A stretch of 64,000 nt of DNA, taken from NCBI GenBank assembly GCA_039794845.1, contig JAUQVK010000006.1, forward strand, positions 1 through 64,000, written 5' to 3'. Below the pieces are notes generated by a model. The model did not search any database, was not told the DNA's origin, and was given only the letters and a program-made list of their open reading frames with translations. Positions within the stretch are counted from its first letter, which is position 1. The number at the start of each line of letters is the position of its first letter. The position numbers were made by a program, and so were the translations under genes. The DNA comes from Thermostichus sp. DRC_bins_24. GTDB taxonomy: Bacteria; Cyanobacteriota; Cyanobacteriia; Thermostichales; Thermostichaceae. Below, piece after piece: positions 12,384 to 21,359 of the stretch.

Positions 12384-13460
12384 ATGTCTTTGTTTCCTGC
12401 GTTCTCTGCACCAAGGGCGCGCTGTTGCTCCGCAACGCTACCGCGACGGCGCGAACGGGAGCACCGCCTGTGGCCCCGTCGGCAGGTGTTGCGGAGTGGA
12501 GGGGCGGTGTTGGCCGTGGGTTGGGGACCCAAATCCCGGCGAGAGGAACGGGGAGAGCCCCTTCGCCTGGCTACCAATTGGTACGCCCAAGCCGAGCACG
12601 GTGGGTTTTACCAAGCCCTTGCCACCGGCCTTTACGAAAGCTACGGCTTGGAGGTGGAGATCCACATGGGGGGGACGGGGGTGAATGTGTTGCAGCTGCT
12701 GGCGGGGGGGGCGGCGGATTTTGTGCTGGGATCCAGCCCAGATGCCCTTGCGGCTGTGCAAGCCGGGATCCCGTTGCTGACGGTGGCGGCCTTTTTCCAA
12801 AAGGATCCTCAGTGTTTGCTGGCGCATCCCGGGGTGGGTAACGACCATCTCCAAGACCTGCGGGGCAAACCGATTTGGGTGTCTCCGGGGGCCAACCTCA
12901 CCTACTGGCCCTTTTTGCGAGCCAAGTTCGGCTTTGGCGACGAGCAAAAGCGCCCCTACAACTTCAGCCTTGGGCCTTTTTTGCTGGACAAACAATCGGC
13001 ACAGCAGGGATATGTTACCGCCGAACCTTTTCGGGTCCGTCAAGAGGGAGGCTTTGATCCGGTGGTCTTTCTGCTGGCGGACTATGGGTATTCCCCCTAC
13101 GCCACAACCCTAGAAACCACCCGTCGCTTTGCCGAACACCATCCAGAACAGGTGCAGAAGTTTATTGCAGCCTCCATCCAAGGGTGGCAAAGCTACCTGG
13201 AGGATCCCCGCCCCGGCAACCGCCTGATCCGGCGGGATAACCCCAACATGAGCGAGGCCCTTTTGGCCTATAGCCACCAGGCTCTGAAGGACTATGGCAT
13301 GCTGACTTCAGGCGATGCAGCGACGCTGGGAATCGGCGCCATGACCCACCAACGCTGGCAAGCCTACTTTCAGGAGATGGTCGCTCTCGGGGCGGTGGAA
13401 GAGCGGCTGGAGGTGGGGCAGGCCTATACCTTAGACTTTCTCCCCAGCCGGAGCGCCTAA
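12384..13460 (+). CDS. ABC transporter substrate-binding protein, NMT1/THI5/SsuA-like
   Basis: TNWYAQAEHGGFYQA, FQKDPQ, QQGYVTAEP; possible twin-Arg signal RRQVL; start uncertain. Confidence 0.85.
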   Translation: MSLFPAFSAPRARCCSATLPRRREREHRLWPRRQVLRSGGAVLAVGWGPKSRREERGEPLRLATNWYAQAEHGGFYQALATGLYESYGLEVEIHMGGTGVNVLQLLAGGAADFVLGSSPDALAAVQAGIPLLTVAAFFQKDPQCLLAHPGVGNDHLQDLRGKPIWVSPGANLTYWPFLRAKFGFGDEQKRPYNFSLGPFLLDKQSAQQGYVTAEPFRVRQEGGFDPVVFLLADYGYSPYATTLETTRRFAEHHPEQVQKFIAASIQGWQSYLEDPRPGNRLIRRDNPNMSEALLAYSHQALKDYGMLTSGDAATLGIGAMTHQRWQAYFQEMVALGAVEERLEVGQAYTLDFLPSRSA

Positions 13461-13508
13461 CGAGAAGGGATCCCTTCCTCGGCCAGCCCTCTCCCCACAA
13501 ACCCCGAC

Positions 13509-14027
13509 CTACATCACCGCCAAACTTTGCAACAGCGGGGATCCCTGCATGGCCAGATCGTGGCTGTGGTGCATCCGATTCGTCAGCAGGTAGGCCAAAG
13601 GAGGATGACCGCTGAGCCGTTGCCGGGGTTGGGGCAGATGGTCATTGCCGAAATGGTGCCGATACTCCTCAGAATCAATGAAAGCATTGACCATCGCCTG
13701 AAAGCCCTGATGTACCAAAATATCGTGGTAGGCTGCCACTTCAGCTTTGTTGGCCGGGGCCCGTCCCAAAAAGTGCTTGAACCCCTGCTCCACACAACGG
13801 GTATTGCAACCAGCACTAAAAAAGAGCCGCCGGTAAAGATGGGATCCCCCTATCTGTCGCACCAGGCGTTTAACGCCTATCCGACCCCGTAAGAACTCCT
13901 GCTCGATCTTTTCCAGTTCTCCCACTTTTTCATGCTGGTAAGGCTGACGCTCCAAAAGCTGCTGATAGGTAGCTCGTAAAAGGTTCTGCGACATTTGCGG
14001 ATCCCGATGGTGCTGGCGTGACTCCAT
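13509..14027 (-). CDS. Stand-alone phycobilisome linker-domain protein (PBS_linker_poly-like)
   Basis: ATYQQLLERQPY, E.EFLRGRIGVKRLVRQIG.S.LY, FKHFLGRAP, G..A.V.AFIDSEEY...FG.D.LP. Confidence 0.88.
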   Translation of the reverse strand: MESRQHHRDPQMSQNLLRATYQQLLERQPYQHEKVGELEKIEQEFLRGRIGVKRLVRQIGGSHLYRRLFFSAGCNTRCVEQGFKHFLGRAPANKAEVAAYHDILVHQGFQAMVNAFIDSEEYRHHFGNDHLPQPRQRLSGHPPLAYLLTNRMHHSHDLAMQGSPLLQSLAVM

Positions 14028-14459
14028 GACAATTGCTCCTAATCGACAAAACCGATGAAAAAATTAACTTGAGAATAAGGCAGGAAACCATCCTTAAAAG
14101 AAGAATGAAGCTAATTCATGTCGAGAGTAAAGCCCATCCTTTCGAGTCAAAAACAGCGAAGGCTCTACTCAAGATGTATCTTAGGTGTATCTTGCTGATT
14201 GAATTGCTTGTGGAAGTTTGCGACAAATGTTTACAATATCCACAAAGGAACCCAATTGTTTTCCGTGAATTCACTTTACGAGAGTCCGAGGCAATCAAAA
14301 CTCCGTATTTACTCGTAGTTAAGGATTATTTCATTCCTATTCACAGAACTATTTGAAAAATGCAGAATACAGAAGAGGGCTGATCTGGTGATCTTGCCTC
14401 TTTGGGCAGCCCGTTCTTCCCATCATTACATGGGCTTCACGCCTGGATGGATCCCTTTT

Positions 14460-14945
14460 ATGGCTAAACAGATTCGGTTGGAGCCGCTATCTCGCATTTC
14501 TGAAGTAGATACCTACAGCAACTTGCTATCGGCAATTCTTTCGGAAGACTTACACGTTTCCAAGGAATGCAATGGACGTGGCATTTGTGCCACCTGCCAC
14601 ATTTACGTCAAGGAGGGTATGGGCAGTTTGACACCCATAACTCCGCGTGAGTCGAAAACCCTGGAGGTGATCACCAGCGCCAAGCCCAACTCGCGGCTGG
14701 CCTGTCAGGCGAGGGTGGTTTCCGATGGAGTAGTGGTGGAACTGCCGCCAGGGATGTATGTCAATTCGCTGCAGGATATAGAAGTCTTGGTTGGCAGGCG
14801 AGCCGAACAAAACCTCTTGCACCCGCGTACGGGGAAAGTATTGGTGGAATGTGGCAAGGTCATCACTCGCTCAACCGTTAAACAACTGGAAAAAGAAGAT
14901 TTTCGGCTGATCGGCAGTACACTGGCGCAAACTCGGGAAGCCTAA
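14460..14945 (+). CDS. 2Fe-2S ferredoxin (Cx5Cx2C...C) with C-terminal extension
   Basis: ECNGRGICATCHIYV ... SRLACQA. Confidence 0.9.
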   Translation: MAKQIRLEPLSRISEVDTYSNLLSAILSEDLHVSKECNGRGICATCHIYVKEGMGSLTPITPRESKTLEVITSAKPNSRLACQARVVSDGVVVELPPGMYVNSLQDIEVLVGRRAEQNLLHPRTGKVLVECGKVITRSTVKQLEKEDFRLIGSTLAQTREA

Positions 14946-15084
14946 TCGTCTGTAATCGTCCGTATTGAGGGAGCCTAAAGCTCAGCAGTTTTAATCCCTG
15001 TCTAACTTCAGTCAAGTAAGTCTGTTGATTCACCTTAGTATCAGCAATCAGCCTCGTCCTGAATCTATCCCCTTGGAGAGAACC

Positions 15085-15768
15085 ATGACCCCTTCTACAT
15101 CTCGACCGGATCCCCGCCCCGCCGTCACCATGCCCACAGGTCGTGACAAGCACTCCCACTACAGCTACCGCGATTTCTTCCGCTTCAATCGGGAACAAGG
15201 CACAATCATCGACTGGAACAACACCCAAAACCTGCTGCTCAGCGAAGACTTCATCGTGGGTTTACAGACGGGATTGGAACGGGAAGTGGGGGATGCGTCT
15301 GCCGCTGTCATGTACACGATTGGCATGGATTGGGGCACGCGGGATTCGGTGCATTTCTCTCAGTGGTACGAGCGGGAGTACGGGGTCGGGGTGAAACAGG
15401 CCAACCTTCTTTTCCTGTTGGAAACCTGGTGGTGGCCCTTTACTGCCCAGGGCTGGGGCAAGTGGGAGGTGGAAACCGAATCGAAGCAGAAGGGCTTTTT
15501 GTTTATCAATCTGTTCGACTCGATGGTGGCGCGCACCCTGGGGGATGTGGGCAAGCCGGTTTGCCATCTCTACGCTGGGTTGTTTGCCGGGTTCTTCACG
15601 GCCATGACTTCGCGGGAACTGGGCTGCATCGAGATCCAGTGCTACGCCATGGGGGAAACCTACTGCAAATTTCTTCTGGGTGGACAAGAACGCATTGATG
15701 CCGCCAATTTCTGGATTACGGAAGGGGCAAGCGCACGGGAGATCGAGCAACGCTTGCACCAGCTGTAA
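15085..15768 (+). CDS. V4R (4-vinyl reductase) domain protein
   Basis: YTIGMDWG, QGWGKW, GKPVCHLYAGLFAGFF, CIEIQCYAMGETYCKF; GGAGAG RBS. Confidence 0.9.
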   Translation: MTPSTSRPDPRPAVTMPTGRDKHSHYSYRDFFRFNREQGTIIDWNNTQNLLLSEDFIVGLQTGLEREVGDASAAVMYTIGMDWGTRDSVHFSQWYEREYGVGVKQANLLFLLETWWWPFTAQGWGKWEVETESKQKGFLFINLFDSMVARTLGDVGKPVCHLYAGLFAGFFTAMTSRELGCIEIQCYAMGETYCKFLLGGQERIDAANFWITEGASAREIEQRLHQL

Positions 15769-15795
15769 TCCCTACAGTCTTTTGGAGATACTGCC

Positions 15796-16077
15796 ATGCT
15801 CACCCTGCACCCCGGCTTGGATTTAACCCAACCCCTGCTGGCCTTTTTGCAAGGGTTGAACTGGGATAACCGCCCCCTGACCCAAGCCCTGCTCGATCCA
15901 GATCTGGAGCAGGAATCTTCCGGCCAATGTCCCTTCACCCAGTCGGTGGGACAGTTTTTTGCCAGTTTCGATTGGTCGGGCACTCGTCCGCGCCCAGAAC
16001 CGGTGCCGGAGCCTCCGGTGGAGGATCCCTTCACCCTTGAGGATTTCGCCGCTTTGTTTGGCGGAGCTTTGCTCTAG
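15796..16077 (+). CDS. Small hypothetical protein with repeated F..F/L.W motifs
   Basis: GGAG RBS, operon position; LAFLQGLNWDN / GQFFASFDWSG / FTLEDFAALF. Confidence 0.7.
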   Translation: MLTLHPGLDLTQPLLAFLQGLNWDNRPLTQALLDPDLEQESSGQCPFTQSVGQFFASFDWSGTRPRPEPVPEPPVEDPFTLEDFAALFGGALL

Positions 16078-16139
16078 TCTTTGTCCGCGCCAGTGCGGGC
16101 CCATTGCTCTCGATCCTGTTGCTTAAGGAAACCCCACCT

Positions 16140-16688
16140 ATGGATGACATTTACTCTTGGCCAGAGCGCATTGCCGATCGAGAAGGTGACTACCTGCCAT
16201 CGGATGATCTGCAAAGCCTGATCCGCTACTCTCTTTCGTTTCAAGAACGTTTGGAGATTTACCAGATTTTCCAACAACAGGAGTTGGTCTGGATCCAGAA
16301 AGTTTTGCAACAACGAGGACACACTCCAAGCTCCGATTTGCCCCCTGCCCAACGCCTCCTGGCCCGTCACTTGGCCCTCTGCTTGCGCTCCCTGGGCCTG
16401 AGCCTACTGATGGGGGATCCCTCGCAACTGCAGCAGTGGATCTGTGGAGCGATGGAACATTACCTGGGTCTACCGGAAGCCCTAGAACAGCTTCGAGCGG
16501 TCGTTGAGGGATCCCTTTCGGCAGAGCAACGGGATATGCTCGCCCCCCATTGGCAAACACTGCAGGCCGCCTGTCCTGTCTCTCAGACCGAACCTGAGAT
16601 ACCGGCTGCCCCCCCTCCTGTGGCTGAGGTTGAACCCGCCGCCGCCACGCCGGAGCCTGCCCTTACCTTGATGGAAATGTTTGTCTGA
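16140..16688 (+). CDS. Divergent phycobiliprotein/globin-fold protein with Pro/Ala/Glu-rich tail
   Basis: ADREGDYLPSDDLQSL..Y..S...RL resembles the phycobiliprotein N-terminus AD..GRYL...EL..L. Confidence 0.65.
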   Translation: MDDIYSWPERIADREGDYLPSDDLQSLIRYSLSFQERLEIYQIFQQQELVWIQKVLQQRGHTPSSDLPPAQRLLARHLALCLRSLGLSLLMGDPSQLQQWICGAMEHYLGLPEALEQLRAVVEGSLSAEQRDMLAPHWQTLQAACPVSQTEPEIPAAPPPVAEVEPAAATPEPALTLMEMFV

Positions 16689-16715
16689 ACCCCACCCTGA
16701 AGGGAGATTCCACCC

Positions 16716-17186
16716 ATGAATCTGATGCTTACTGAGCTGATGCAAAAGACTGAAGGCCGCTACCTGCAGGCAGATGAGCTGAAAACCCTGCGGGCTTACG
16801 TCGAAGGGATCCCGAAGCGGGTACGCATTTATCAGATACTCCAGGCCAAAGAAAGCGAGCTGCTGGATCGGGTAATCGAGAAGTTTCAGCCGATGTTACC
16901 CAACTTGACCCGTCAACACGGGCACCTCGCCTGGGAGCGCTGCCGCCGTGACCTGAGCATGGTGTGGCGCTACTGCTGCATGGCCATGTTGCTCAACGAC
17001 GAAGACTACCTGCGAGACAAGTTGCTCTACTGGCTGGAGACAATCCTGAAGTCTTTTAAGATGCGCGACCAATGCCAGCCCGCCTACAAGCTGATGCTCG
17101 ACTCTCTGGCCTACGTCTTGGGTGTGGAAGAGAGCGAGATGATCCGCCCCTATCTACTCTTGGCCAAATCGATGCTGGTCAGCTAA
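16716..17186 (+). CDS. Phycobiliprotein-like (allophycocyanin-like) globin-fold protein
   Basis: EGRYLQADELKTLRAY...IPKR; ERCRRDLSMVWRYCCMAMLLND..L.DKLL.WL aligns with C.RD....LRY..YA...GD. Confidence 0.85.
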   Translation: MNLMLTELMQKTEGRYLQADELKTLRAYVEGIPKRVRIYQILQAKESELLDRVIEKFQPMLPNLTRQHGHLAWERCRRDLSMVWRYCCMAMLLNDEDYLRDKLLYWLETILKSFKMRDQCQPAYKLMLDSLAYVLGVEESEMIRPYLLLAKSMLVS

Positions 17187-17247
17187 GTCCTGAACCGGAC
17201 ACACCTCAAAACCCGTGCCCTTCTCCGTCGCCCCTTCGAGGATACCC

Positions 17248-17949
17248 ATGACCACCCTACGAGAGATTCTGCAAGAGCAAACCTTGCCCGGACATTGCTT
17301 TAGCCCCGCCTACTACATCCGCCCCGACATCCATACCGGCCTGTTGGCAAGCAGGGGAGGATACCGATTGGCGGCCTTTCCCATGCCCCTTTTAGAGGCT
17401 CTCTACTCCGGCTTGCGCTACGAAACCGGCCAAGCGGCCCGCGTCATTCTTTACAACTGTGGTCGTGACTGGGGAGAAGAGTTTTTCCGCCGCTTCGAGG
17501 ACGAACTCTCCCGTTACCACAACCAGCCGCTGCGAGAATTGCCGATGGGGATCCTCCTCGATGCCCTTAGCGATCTCTGGGCCACCCACGGCTGGGGTCG
17601 CCTTGAGCTGGATTTCTCCGCCGGGAATCAGGGTTTGGTGCAGGCAACGGTGCGCAACTCGGGCTTTGCTCTCGCCGCCCGTGCCAGCCTTAGGCCGGAG
17701 GACTCTTCCGCCCCACGGGAGCCCGCCGGTTATCTGGAATCCGGGGTACTGGCCAGCCTGTTCTCCTTGCTCTCGGGTCGGGATTTAATCTGTGTGCAAA
17801 CCACCTGTGAGTCCCTGGGGGCCGACCAAAACCGCTTTCTCATCGGCACCGCCCAACGGCTGCACAACTGCGAAGAATGGGTACGCAAAGGCCTTTCCCA
17901 CGACGAGATTTTGGATCGGCTCACCGCCACTCCCGAGGGATCCCGTTAG
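17248..17949 (+). CDS. V4R domain protein (second paralog)
   Basis: LYNCGRDWG, THGWGRL, CVQTTCESLGADQNRFLIG. Confidence 0.88.
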   Translation: MTTLREILQEQTLPGHCFSPAYYIRPDIHTGLLASRGGYRLAAFPMPLLEALYSGLRYETGQAARVILYNCGRDWGEEFFRRFEDELSRYHNQPLRELPMGILLDALSDLWATHGWGRLELDFSAGNQGLVQATVRNSGFALAARASLRPEDSSAPREPAGYLESGVLASLFSLLSGRDLICVQTTCESLGADQNRFLIGTAQRLHNCEEWVRKGLSHDEILDRLTATPEGSR

Positions 17950-18683
17950 GGCAGGTAGGGCTGAAAATCTTGGGTAACCGTCAGGGTCAAGTTGGCATTG
18001 GGGTTGATCACCGCCACTTCCGGTGCCGTAACATTGCCGATTACCGCTCCGGCCGCCGCTCCCCCCAGCACCTTCTCCGTCGAGATCACCCGATTGCCAA
18101 ACAGACCTCCCAGGATCGCCCCTGCTGCCGCCCCGATCAGGGCATCTTGGACAATCGCTTCGCCAGAAGTATGGCGGGGATCCTTCTGCAGCGGGATCAC
18201 CTGGCTCTGGGCGAAAAGGGGATAGGATTGCCCGTTGATCAGCAAAGACCGGGAGACAAATTGGGTACCGCCGCTCACCGGCTGAAATTGACCTTCTAAA
18301 ATGGCCCCCGCCGGGACAATCATGTTGCCGTAGACATCCCGCAAGGGGGTATCCAAGCTAAGGCTGACGGCACGGGTTTCGCCGGGGGCAATCAGCAGGG
18401 TTTCGCCGGAGCGATGCACCGCCTGGATCAGATCCCCAGAGCGCAACAGCAAAGCTGTTTGTAACTGAAATTGTTGGCTGGGCTGCAGAGGCTGGGGCTG
18501 ACCCAAACCACTGCCACTTTCACTGGGGGTCAGCGGGCGCGGATTAACGGGGCGCCAGCCTTCTCCGGCCGGCGGCGGCGGCAACGGAGCATTGCTCATT
18601 TGTGCCAAAACAGGCCCGGCCACCTGTACCGAGAGCAACCCACCGAGCAAAGAGGCCAACATGCGACTGGCTAGCTTGGTCAT
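17946..18683 (-). CDS. Exported hypothetical protein with glycine-zipper C-terminus
   Basis: Signal peptide ending VLAQ; IVPAGAILEGQFQP; GAAAGAILGG...GGAAAGAVIG. Confidence 0.7.
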   Translation of the reverse strand: MTKLASRMLASLLGGLLSVQVAGPVLAQMSNAPLPPPPAGEGWRPVNPRPLTPSESGSGLGQPQPLQPSQQFQLQTALLLRSGDLIQAVHRSGETLLIAPGETRAVSLSLDTPLRDVYGNMIVPAGAILEGQFQPVSGGTQFVSRSLLINGQSYPLFAQSQVIPLQKDPRHTSGEAIVQDALIGAAAGAILGGLFGNRVISTEKVLGGAAAGAVIGNVTAPEVAVINPNANLTLTVTQDFQPYLP

Positions 18684-18990
18684 GGTTTCACCCCCAAATC
18701 TCACATCTACGTTAGCTGCAAACTGGCTGAAAACCGAGAGCCAAAGCTGCTTACGACAGACTTTGTTCCCTCCAATTTTGATCAAAGCCAATCGGATGTG
18801 AAAAGGGCTACCTCAAGCGAGTAGATTCCCCTGCTCTCGGGCTCAGAAGGGAGTACGGAAAAGCGTCACGGTCATCCCGGCGGGATCCCGGCTGCCCATG
18901 CTAGATTGAGCTTCAGATTTCAACCCCCTTCGCGTGGGGCAGAAGTTTTCTGAGCGTTCTATCCCAAACCTTTCGTCCTTCTCGTGTGGT

Positions 18991-20238
18991 ATGAAGCGCA
19001 GCAAATCCATGTCGGGTCAACCCTCTGCCGAGGCTAAACCCCCCGTCCAACCTCCCCCATCGTTTCTGGCCGGCCTTTTTCCTTCCCCTGCGCTCAGGTC
19101 CTGGCTCTCACCGTTCCTGCTGGTGCTGGTGGGCATTGTGCTGGGGGCAGGCTTGGTGGGGGGCAAAGGGGTATCTGCCCAGACAACGGCGACCTTGTCC
19201 CAGGTAAACCTGAACTTCATCGCCGATGTGGCGCAAAAGGTGGGGCCGGCGGTGGTTCGCATCGATTCGGAACGCACGGTGCAAACGCGTGGGCCCTTCC
19301 CTGAAGAATTTTTTAGCGACCCCTTCTTTCGGGATTTCTTCGGCCAGAATATGCCTTCCATGCCCCGGCAACGGCGACAGCAGGGGACGGGCTCGGGCTT
19401 CATCATCAGCGCCGATGGCCAGATCATCACCAATGCCCATGTGGTGGATGGCTCTGACAAGGTAACAGTAACCCTCAAAGATACTCGCAGCTTTGATGGG
19501 GAAGTGCTCGGCTCCGATCCGATCACCGATGTGGCTGTAGTGAAAATCAAGGCGGAAAATTTGCCCACTGTGCAATTGGGCCGCTCTGAAACTCTCGAGC
19601 CGGGTCAGTGGGCCATTGCCATCGGCAACCCCCTCGGTTTGGATAACACCGTTACCGCAGGGATCATCAGCGCTTTGGGCCGCTCCAGTGGGGAAATTCG
19701 GGTGCCCGACAAGCGGGTGTCTTTTATTCAGACCGATGCCGCCATTAATCCCGGCAATTCCGGCGGGCCTTTGTTAAATGCCCAAGGGGAAGTCATCGGG
19801 GTCAATACCGCCATCATCCAAGGAGCGCAGGGTCTGGGCTTCGCCATCCCCATCGAGACGGCCCAACGGGTGGCCAACCAGCTGATCACCCGCGGCAAGG
19901 TGGATCATCCCTATCTGGGCATTCGCATGGTGACCCTCACCCCAGAACTGAAGGAGCGCCTCAACCGGGATCCCAACAGCCGCATTTTGGTAACGGTGGA
20001 TCAGGGGGTTCTCATCGGAGAAGTGGTGCAGGGATCCCCGGCAGAGCGGGCAGGCTTGCGCTCGGGGGATGTGATCCTCTCGGTGAATGGCCGTAACGTC
20101 ACAACCGCAGATCAAGTTCAACAGGAAGTGGAGCGTACCACCGTCGGGAGCACCCTGGATCTGGAAATCGAACGGGGTGGGCGTCGGCAACGCATTCGCG
20201 CCACTACGGGCTCTTTCCCGAACCCGAACGAGGGTTGA
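18991..20238 (+). CDS. HtrA/Deg-family serine protease with PDZ domain (HhoA/HhoB-like)
   Basis: [38 protein letters not shown] with GSPAERAGL; start uncertain. Confidence 0.95.
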   Translation: MKRSKSMSGQPSAEAKPPVQPPPSFLAGLFPSPALRSWLSPFLLVLVGIVLGAGLVGGKGVSAQTTATLSQVNLNFIADVAQKVGPAVVRIDSERTVQTRGPFPEEFFSDPFFRDFFGQNMPSMPRQRRQQGTGSGFIISADGQIITNAHVVDGSDKVTVTLKDTRSFDGEVLGSDPITDVAVVKIKAENLPTVQLGRSETLEPGQWAIAIGNPLGLDNTVTAGIISALGRSSGEIRVPDKRVSFIQTDAAINPGNSGGPLLNAQGEVIGVNTAIIQGAQGLGFAIPIETAQRVANQLITRGKVDHPYLGIRMVTLTPELKERLNRDPNSRILVTVDQGVLIGEVVQGSPAERAGLRSGDVILSVNGRNVTTADQVQQEVERTTVGSTLDLEIERGGRRQRIRATTGSFPNPNEG

Positions 20239-20433
20239 TGTCTCGGGGTCGGGGATTTCCTAAACCCCTGCCCATTTTCTGCCCGGGGTTGTAGTCGCTA
20301 ACGGTCTCGGGATAATCATGGTTTAATGGTCGAAACTTCTTCACGAATAGCTTGCCCGGCCCAGAGCCGAAAGCCTTAGAAAACCTCAGTCGAGTCTGTC
20401 GTCTCGAAACAGGGATCCCCTTTTATCCTGCGT

Positions 20434-21333
20434 ATGCTGAAAACCACTCGTCGTCTCGCCCTGCTGGCCCTGTCGGGGTTGGCCGCCCTCACTTTGGCTC
20501 CGCAAGTCAGTCGCGCCGACACCATCTCCGTTGGCTCCAAAGACTTCACCGAGCAATTTATTCTGGGGGAAATGTACGCCCTCGCTCTGGAGGCGGCAGG
20601 CTTTACCGTCGAGCGCAAACTCAACTTGGGGGGTACGCCGGTGGCCCATGCGGGGTTGCTCAGCGGTGAGATCGACCTCTACCCAGAATATACAGGGACA
20701 GGCCTGCTGACGGTTCTGAAGTTACCCACCAGTGGCGATCCGGTGGAAGTGTACGAAACGGTGGCCCGTGAATACGAAAGCCAGTTCCAACTGATCTGGT
20801 TGGATCCCGCCCCCATGAACAACACCCAGGCCTTGGCCATGACCCGTGCCAGAGCCGAGGAGTTGGGCATTGTCACCATTTCGGATTTGGCCGCCAAGGC
20901 TAGCGAGCTGGTGATGATCGGGCCACCGGAGTTTCAAGCCCGTGAAGATGGCCTGCCAGGGATCCAGGCGGCCTACGGCAATTTCCGCCTCAAGGAGTAC
21001 AAAGCGGTGGATCCCGGCCTGCGCTACCGAGGCTTGTTGGATGGGCAAGCGGATGTGGCGGTGGCTTTTGGCACCGATGGTGAGATTGCTGCCTTTGACT
21101 TGGTGCTGCTGGAGGACGACAAACAGCTCTTCCCGCCCTACCAGGTGGCACCGGTGGTGCGGCAGGATACCTTGCAAGCCAATCCTGGTATTGCCGAAGC
21201 CTTAAATGCCCTTTCGCCCCTGCTGACGGATGCGGTGATGCAGGAGCTGAACTACGAGGTGAGTGGCAACCAGAAGGAACCGGCGGATGTAGCTCGCGCC
21301 TTTTTGGTGGAAGCTGGCATCCTGACGGAATAA
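20434..21333 (+). CDS. Osmoprotectant (glycine betaine/choline) ABC transporter substrate-binding protein
   Basis: VGSKDFTEQFILGE, IDLYPEYTGT, LEDDKQLFPPY. Confidence 0.92.
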   Translation: MLKTTRRLALLALSGLAALTLAPQVSRADTISVGSKDFTEQFILGEMYALALEAAGFTVERKLNLGGTPVAHAGLLSGEIDLYPEYTGTGLLTVLKLPTSGDPVEVYETVAREYESQFQLIWLDPAPMNNTQALAMTRARAEELGIVTISDLAAKASELVMIGPPEFQAREDGLPGIQAAYGNFRLKEYKAVDPGLRYRGLLDGQADVAVAFGTDGEIAAFDLVLLEDDKQLFPPYQVAPVVRQDTLQANPGIAEALNALSPLLTDAVMQELNYEVSGNQKEPADVARAFLVEAGILTE

Positions 21334-21359
21334 CCCTGGCCATTTAATGAGGCCCCAGC

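Noticed and set aside
14033..14356. 107-aa ORF in the AT-rich spacer
   Set aside because: Atypical composition, TTG start without an RBS, and located in a divergent promoter region; probably spurious
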